A stretch of 63,966 nucleotides of DNA, filler included, from Lenisia limosa (Eukaryota > Protista > Breviatea): the NCBI GenBank assembly GCA_001655205.1. It is 22 parts of 22 records of this genome, joined end to end, with 100 filler letters (N's around TTAATTAATTAA, not from the genome) between each part and the next. Parts side by side here need not be neighbours in the genome. Positions count along the whole stretch, not along the records: positions 56,110 to 57,783 come from LPNZ01004058.1; positions 57,884 to 59,526 come from LPNZ01007936.1; positions 59,627 to 62,815 come from LPNZ01002694.1; positions 62,916 to 63,966 come from LPNZ01000850.1; 18 more parts are not named here. One strand, written 5' to 3'. This document shows, in pieces, positions 56,889-63,966 of the stretch; the stretch's first letter is position 1, and each line of letters begins with the position of its first letter. Below the pieces are notes generated by a model. It was not told where the DNA came from. It saw nothing but the letters and a program-made list of their open reading frames with translations, and searched no databases. A program made the translations under genes and the position numbers.

Positions 56889-57541
56889 ACAACTTGTCAA
56901 TCACGCCACTTCTTTTACTCCTTTCTCAAAATCGACTTAAGAGTCATTATCGATACAAAATAGAATAATATACGTAAATCACTCCAAGGAAGGCCTATTC
57001 TTCGTAATTGAACTTCTATCCGAGACAACTTCTCATTTGAAACCCTGCTTTAATCTTCTAATTCTTTTCAGGATATGATGTACACCTCCGACCTCCCTGT
57101 AGGATGGACCGTATTCTTGGAGTATTGTTGGAATACTGTTTTGTGCGTTTTTGTTTTTGTTTCATAAATTTTCCAATTTACCCCCAGGCCCCCAAACCCG
57201 TCTCAGTTGATCAGCGAACTGGACTGCCGAACAGGCCCTTGCAAAACGGCACATCCATCGCTACTCAGGTGGGGGTTTTCGACTATTGTTTTCGGCAAAT
57301 TGGCTGACCCTATTCCAGTTCATACCAGATATGTTCTATTTATTCCAAAACAGGGTACCCCCAAGTTCAGTTCTTGGCAACAAAGCTTTTTTTTTGTGTA
57401 GCTTTTAATTGAAACTGGATGACCACAGTTCAGTTCCCTCGTAACTTTCTAGGGGACCCCGAGAACCCCGCCTTTCACACCTGGATCTTCCAGCAGCAAT
57501 CTTCCCATCTCGTCTCTTTCCCCTCTACCGCATAACATCCA
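56144..57541 (+). CDS. Sphingosine/ceramide-kinase-like (DAGK family) protein, C-terminal-lobe fragment
   Basis: Exons 56144-56212, 56462-56534 and 56724-56824 splice to LFALTNILYGLVCDIDFESEK-WRWMGTLRFSLYALFRIIRPREYS-AVLAFLP. This matches SphK WGFIADVDxESEKYRxLGxxRF...Y.G.L.YLP. Confidence 0.82.
56581..56723 (+). repeat. Family B intronic repeat, best-preserved copy, forming the 3' three-quarters of the kinase intron 56535-56723
   Basis: GATGCGGTGCTGCAGAAGCGACTGCCCTGGGC...ATCAACCCTTGTGTGTTGTCAGCCAACAGAGTTGATTTTGGGC...TTTTACCCCCGCAG. Confidence 0.92.
56842..56885 (+). repeat. (GA)n microsatellite, intronic
   Basis: About 21 GA units with one interruption. Confidence 0.95.
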
Positions 57542-58732
57542 GGTTTGTTTGTGATTGCAAGAGTGCTATTCTGTTAACGGGAAAAACTCAGTACATTGAG
57601 AGAAAAATTAAATAAAATTTCCAATTTTGTCTTTTTTTTTTGTTTGAAATTGTCCAATTTTACTTGGCTTTTTTTTTTTGTTTTATTTTCCATTTTACTG
57701 GTTGCTCGTGTGCGTTATTGCTTGTTTTTTGTATTTGTTTTGTGTGTATTTGGAGTTTCAGATTATATTATACGGTTCATGATNNNNNNNNNNNNNNNNN
57801 NNNNNNNNNNNNNNNNNNNNNNNNNNNTTAATTAATTAANNNNNNNNNNNNNNNNNNNNNNNNNNNNNNNNNNNNNNNNNNNNTGGATGGCTTCGGGCAA
57901 TACAACCTTTTTTTCTCATTGCTACATGGGCGACATGTCAACAATCATTTATATTTTATGCATTCAGGTGTCACAAGCCGGCTCGTGCGTTAGCGGTGGG
58001 TGGGGACTACGGGGCAGCTGATATGGATATTTTGAAGATCCCCATTTTTTTTTTATTTTTTATTTTTTTTTCCCCATAAATTATCCAATTTCACTCCTCG
58101 CCCCTCCCTCCCCCANNNNNNNNNNNNNNNNNNNNNNNNNNNNNNNNNNNNNNNNNNNNNNNNNNNNNNNNNNNNNNNNNNNNNNNNNNNNNNNNNNNNN
58201 NNNNNNNNNNNNNNNNNNNNNNNNNNNNNNNNNNNNNNNNNNNNNNNNNNNNNNNNNNNNNNNNNNNNNNNNNNNNNNNNNNNNNNNNNNNNNNNNNNNN
58301 NNNNNNNNNNNNNNNNNNACCTCGCCGAAGCCGTCCATACAAAAGGTACACTGTTTATTCCATACGACAATTACACTATTTATTTTGAGAATCTCATGCA
58401 AATATTACGCTGATTATCAATCGTGTCCGCGTATTGATCGTGGAAGTTACAAGATGTCAGATAATCCCCAAAATTTATGATTGTGACGTAGAGTTTACAT
58501 TAGAATTCTATTACATTTATCATAGATTTTACTGTATTTTTATTATTAGAATTCCCACACAAAAGGTACACTGTTTATATCATATCATATTCATTATAGA
58601 TTTTACGAAGCCTCAAAAAACCTTAGAAACCTGGTATTACAACCATCAAGTATATGATGTAGTAGATTTTATTATTTTACTATGTACATCCAGCTCCTTG
58701 AATTACCTGGTTCAACACCTCAAAAAACCCAG

Positions 58733-59505
58733 GGACGCCCTCTCAGGCCGCGGCGTTTTGCCAGCGGGGCTGCCCCCCTAATTACCGTCTCAAAATTTGG
58801 TCAACAATATTGGGGGTTGAGGTGGGAGGGGGGTACTGCGCTTCTCAACGGTCCCAAACAAGGCTGAATTTCTCGATAATTCCTCGATAAATATCGATAT
58901 TTAACAGGTCTTTTGGGAGCGTAGGGAAGCCCAAGTTACCAGTCATGCATGATGTTATTATGGAAAATGATAATATATTCTTAAAATGGGTAACTAATAA
59001 TTAATGCTCTGTGCTATTAATTAATTGCAAAATTTGAAGTGTGACATATTGTAATGTCATCTTAATTTCAGACATTTTCATTTCAAATTTTGTCATGAAT
59101 TTCTTCAAAAACATTAAATGCACGGAGCCCTCATAATAATGTCACGTATTTTCTCAACTATTGGTGGTATTATCGTGATATGATCACGCGGGTGAAATTT
59201 GTTTGAAAAAAAACAAAAAAAGGGGGGGGGGCACTCAATTCTCTTGCTTGTATAGTGTTTCTATTTTTCAGTGATTTTTTTTTTTGTTTTTCATCTTTTC
59301 CTATCTCTCTGTCTGTTTCCTGAAGTGATGGGATGCTGTGCTGCTGAAGCGACTGGCCTGGGCAACAGAGTTGAATTTGGGCTATATTTTTTTTTCATAA
59401 ATTTTCCAATTTTACTCCCAGGAGGACCAGGCAGACGATTGGGATGAACTTGGCGACGACGTAGCGCGCACCGCCCTAGTTCTTGACGAATTTGCCACCG
59501 CCGAA
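58733..59505 (+). CDS. TBC-domain Rab GTPase-activating protein, fragment
   Basis: Exon 58733-58821 FCQRGCPPNYRLKIWSTILG (G+P..R..+W..+LG) and exon 59422-59505 ELGDDVARTA (IxxDxxRT motif). Confidence 0.75.
59325..59421 (+). repeat. Family B intronic repeat with an internal deletion, ending at the acceptor
   Basis: GTGATGGGATGCTGTGCTGCTGAAGCGACTGGCCTGGGC-AACAGAGTTGAATTTGGGC...CATAAATTTTCCAATTTTACTCCCAG. Other copies or tails lie at 10868, 24586, 26765, 31238, 32810, 45328, 52738, 54885, 55511, 57145 and 58050. Confidence 0.9.
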
Positions 59506-59929
59506 GTGGGAGGAATATAGTCTGTCNNNNNNNNNNNNNNNNNNNNNNNNNNNNNNNNNNNNNNNNNNNNTTAATTAATTAANNNNNNNNNNNNNNNNNN
59601 NNNNNNNNNNNNNNNNNNNNNNNNNNTGGATATAGTATTATGATGCATAATAATATAATATGTAACAGACGCACACGCACACGCACACATCAATATCCCC
59701 ATAAAAGTAAACTCCCACCTCTCTCCTCCTCCACTAGGCATTTCAGCTGGTTCACTTCTGCGTCTCTCTCCGACTCTCTCTGGGGGATGGGGGTAAGGAG
59801 GGGTAATCAAGAGAGAATTTGACAAGGGGATGGAGATTTATTGAGGATTCAAAACTGTTTAAACAGGGAAGTGAATCTCTCCTATATAACCCATCATCTT
59901 TGCCCAACCATTTTGGCTTCACTCCTCTC

Positions 59930-61088
59930 GACATTGACCTGCTGAACAGTGGTGCGAACGTCTCTCAGCTCGCTATCCAACTCTGAGAAGGTTTCGCGCA
60001 GAGCTTCGACCTGATGGTGGGTGAATCGGTTTTGTAGAAACAGATTGTGATGGGAAGGTTACCGTTTTCCTATTGTATTGTTGTAATATTGTTAGATATG
60101 TATGAATATGTATTTAAAGCAGGTTGGCAAACCACACACACCCTTTCCTAATAATCTCAAAAACCTCTCAACTGTCTTTCAAAAACCCTCATCATTCATA
60201 TTCATCTCCACTGCCCACCTCAGCAACAGCCTTAATGACCCTGCATTCATCTCCACCCCCACCTCGGCAACCGCCTTCGTGGCCCTGGATTCCGCCGCAA
60301 CAATGCCTTGTTTGGCCTGCTGCTCTCTCTCAACTGCCTCGGCTTGCCGGGTTTCAGCCCTGGGTAAGGATTAAAATAAGAATATCATCCGTCATTTCCC
60401 CCACCTTTCTAAGGCAGCTTCTAACTCAGATTCGGATGCCTGTGGAGTAAAAAGGGAAAATTAGAGGGGGGGGGGGGGNNNNNNNNNNNNNNNNNNNNNN
60501 NNNNNNNNNNNNNNNNNNNNNNNNNNNNNNNNNNNNNNNNNNNNNNNNNNNNNNNNNNNNNNNNNNNNNNNNNNNNNNNNNNNCCTCTACCTTAGCTCTC
60601 TCAAGAAGAGCCTCAGTTGACTGGATGCGGGTGGTCAGCCCTGCTACCTGCTCCTGAGCCTGGGCTGTAAGAAATTGTTTTTGTTTTGTTTATTTAGAGT
60701 GATATGAAGCCTGGTCTGTAACAAACTGTATCTTAGTTTTATGTCTAATAATATGATATGTAGACGGGGTATGAGATGTAATAGAAAAGTAAATAACAAC
60801 TCCATAAATAACAACTCTCTTTTGAACTTCCAAAAAAGGCAAGCAGATTGCACCCTCACCAGCTCCCCCTCCAAGATTTGGACACACCAACCAGGGCCTC
60901 ACTTCGGTTCAAAAATAAAACTGAGTTTCTCGATAAATCTTCGATCAATCTCGACATTTTATCCGTCTTTTTTTGAATTACCAAATTCAATTTCTACCAG
61001 CTCCTCCTCTTCCATCCCCACCAGCTCGAACTCGTGTTCAAGGTTGCTGAAGTTGCGAGTGGCCTCCTCGGCTGTGGCACACTAAAGA
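59930..61088 (-). CDS. Coiled-coil protein, internal fragment
   Basis: Heptad-like exons ATAEEATRNFSNLEHEFELVG, QEQVAGLTTRIQSTEALLERAK, AETRQAEAVEREQQAKQGIVAAESRATKAVAE and VEALRETFSELDSELRDVRTTVQQ. Confidence 0.6.
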
Positions 61089-62915
61089 GGAGTAAGGGGG
61101 GGGGGNNNNNNNNNNNNNNNNNNNNNNNNNNNNNNNNNNNNNNNNNNNNNNNNNNNNNNNNNNNNNNNNNNNNNNNNNNNNNNNNNNNNNNNNNNNNNNN
61201 NNNNNNNNNNNNNNNNNNNNNNNNNNNNNNNNNNNGCCAAAAATAATGATCAAACATTTGTGTATCTGGTTTCTTTCTTGCTCGCACTTACTCCAGGGTT
61301 ATTTGGGATATTTGGCGGTAAATATTATTTTTTAAAAGCAAGAACTTTTTCTGATCTTTCGTGGGTGTAACTTACAGATAAGGGAACATTCGTGAAAGTG
61401 GAAATAGGAACTCGTTTGCTGGCGACAAATGTGGCCTTTTGTTGTTCAATAATATCACAAACGAATAGGGAAAACTGCATTGGATTTGTTTCGTGACAAG
61501 AAGAACGAAGGGTGGCCGGTTTGCCGTGTTTAACACATCAAATGAAAGGATCCCACGAGACCGCTACCATAATGCACTACCAATTCCCTGTCGCCCATGC
61601 CCAACCACCCCATGCTGCAACGATGCTATTGGAAAATGTGTCAAAATGATTAATTTTGGATTTGCTGTGGGGCATTTCTGAAATCAAATTATTACGTATT
61701 TCCAATTATTGGTTATTTATTCTTGCCCTTGCCGGAGGCCCCGGTACGCCCAATGGAGTATACATCTACCACGTACTCTTTCCAGGTCTTTCTATTGCCA
61801 CCTTCAGCAGGTACTTCGCTGCTGCCCAGTTGACAGGAAGGTTTTCTTTTGTTTTGGCAGGGATGACAAAAAAGAGGTCATCTCTCACCGTGTGCTAGTC
61901 GAGATTGATGACCCTGTTATATTTCATGGCAGAAGGGACTGAACTGGATAGCAGTCAAGTGTTCAACGTTGGCTGAACAGAGGTACATGTTGTGATTATC
62001 TGTGAAACTTGGCATTGAATAATCAAATACTGCATATATCGGTCTATAAATCTCTAATTTAACATCGTCACTCAGATAAGAACAAGAAAGTATGCTTTTA
62101 AGGAGAGAATCAAGCAAAACAGACCTGTTGGCTTTTACAAACGAAATCTTGACATTTTTTTTGAGTATCTTGAGCAGCTGTCCTCCTTCACCACCTCGAA
62201 TAAATATAGAGTTCAAATAGTCTAATAATATTCTACTATATAACAAAGGAAGAGGTAAGGAGCTGATGCGGGAACATATTGAATTACATAATATTAGTTG
62301 CATTAGTTACATGTACTTACAAACCACGCAATCGCCCTACCTTTTTCGTTAGCCACATTCTCTCAGGTAGAATTATTGAGCCAAGACCCTACCATAGGAC
62401 ACACCTTGACTTTGTAGTCTTCTCAAATCTAAATATTCTGACGATTTGTTGACACCAGAGCTTCACTTTCGGTCCCAAGAGACACAGAATCCTCGAAAGA
62501 TCCTCGAAATTATTGATATTTTACAGGAATTTTGTGTTTATGATAAGAGAGAAATGTGGAATCTTACTACAACCTTACTTCTTAGTTCGAACGATGCAAG
62601 AGAATTACCATATGAGAATCTTTGATGTCACTTATAATGTTCCTTTTCACTATCAGGAGCAGGGCTGATCTGGACTATGTGGGAGGTATCACGAGGGAAT
62701 TCGTCGCGTGAACGTAAATTACGGAGGTTTCTCAATATAATTTTTATTGATGGTTTAATAAAACACGTCATGAACAGGAAGAAAAAAATGAAAAAAAAAA
62801 AGTGGTAAAAAACACNNNNNNNNNNNNNNNNNNNNNNNNNNNNNNNNNNNNNNNNNNNNTTAATTAATTAANNNNNNNNNNNNNNNNNNNNNNNNNNNNN
62901 NNNNNNNNNNNNNNN

Positions 62916-63930
62916 GCGTTGTCCGCGGGCGGCTGGGGAGGGGGGGGGGTCAATAATGGGTGTATTAAGAGGGGATTTGAGTAAAATGCCTCCCCATATA
63001 ATTTGCTGTACCCTCATCATTTTTATGCATAAAATACCACTTTTATCACTTTATATTCTTTAACTACAGACATTGGCACCCCCTTTTTAGATAATCATAA
63101 TAGGCATATTTCCAATTTAGCATCGCACAAGTTGGACGAGAATACTCTCAGATTTTACAGTCTTATGTTTTAGCTGCACAGCTTACTTCTACTTCCCTCC
63201 GTTCGTGCCCCCCCCCTCCTACCGGGAGCCGGAGCGTTGGGGTCAACAAACTCCTCTTCGATGGACTCCTCCAGGCCGGGCAGGACGTGGTCGCAGATGT
63301 AGCGGAAACGGCTACGGTCGGCCTGGGGTGGGGGGTCAGATTGAGAAACGTATCAAACAAAAAACCACAAATTAACTTTTAAACATTTGAGAGGCACACG
63401 TGGCTACAACACAGATGCAAGAAACAGTTAGCAGTGCCGTGAACTTCCCCTCCCTACAAACCTTGATAGAAGAAAGAATATCCTCAATGGGGTTGGCATC
63501 ATCCCCAGCCTCGGCACCGTGACCGCAGCTCGAAATGTGGTCGGGGGTCATGTGCATGCGGGAACAGCGGTACAGCATTTGGTGAGCCACGCGACCGTCG
63601 TACATCTTTTCGAGTTAAGCGACAAGGAAAATATACATCTGGGTGAAACAATAAAACAGAGTTTTTACATGGATAGGCGGGGTAAAGAAAAAGGCTATAA
63701 ATGATCATGAGGAATAGAAGTATCTGAGCAAAGCCGCCCACCCAACCCGTCACGCGTTTGGTGATATTAGTATAGTAGTCATGTTAATAAAGCACATGGC
63801 CTTAGCTCAACGATCCTGTGATCCCAAAGGCTCCAATAACCAACAAACCTGGTGAGGGGCAGGGAGGGGAAGGGGGGTGCCGCAGAGGCGGTTGAGGGAA
63901 ATGGTGTCGTGGAGAATGGCCTCCCAGGTT
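62916..63930 (-). CDS. Hypothetical multi-exon gene fragment
   Basis: Exons FVGYWSLWDHRIVELR, MYDGRVAHQMLYRCSRMHMTPDH...DILSSIK and ADRSRFRYICDHVLPGLEESIEEEFVDP, with C-tract acceptors. Confidence 0.55.
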
Positions 63931-63966
63931 GACATAAGATGGGCTGGGAGGAGAGGTCAATTGGAT

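Overview
This is eukaryotic nuclear DNA from a fragmented draft assembly, not one continuous locus. About 22 short scaffolds (1-10.6 kb) are joined by 21 artificial 100-nt spacers (44 N + TTAATTAATTAA + 44 N), and there are further internal gaps, so adjacency across spacers means nothing. The DNA is AT-rich and intron-dense; the gene content is protist-like (amoebozoan-like), but the organism cannot be identified from the sequence. Recognisable gene fragments (exons joined by eye): a signal-peptide/Cys-rich/RCC1-repeat protein, SLC38-type amino-acid transporter pieces, a CDC48/PEX1/PEX6-type AAA ATPase, PCID2/CSN12, a RAD5/RAD16-type SNF2 ATPase, a >10 kb giant surface-protein gene (Gly-rich repeats, PSI, TSP3, filamin-Ig, REJ-like), an ASH/Ig-like protein, a sphingosine/ceramide-kinase-like protein and a TBC RabGAP. 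An orphan ~600-aa antisense gene appears to sit inside an intron of the giant gene. Introns are crowded with repeats: an intron-containing DD34E Tc1 element, three TA-flanked MITE families and several mini/microsatellites. Two observations stand out. (i) A ~140-nt hairpin-containing repeat (family B, ~20 copies) lies in introns, always in the host gene's sense orientation where the strand can be judged, and usually runs directly into the 3' splice site. (ii) Introns show a strong polarity, with GTGGG donors and G-tracts at the 5' end and C-tracts ending in CAG at the 3' end. All protein-family calls come from motif recognition by eye; no database search was run.
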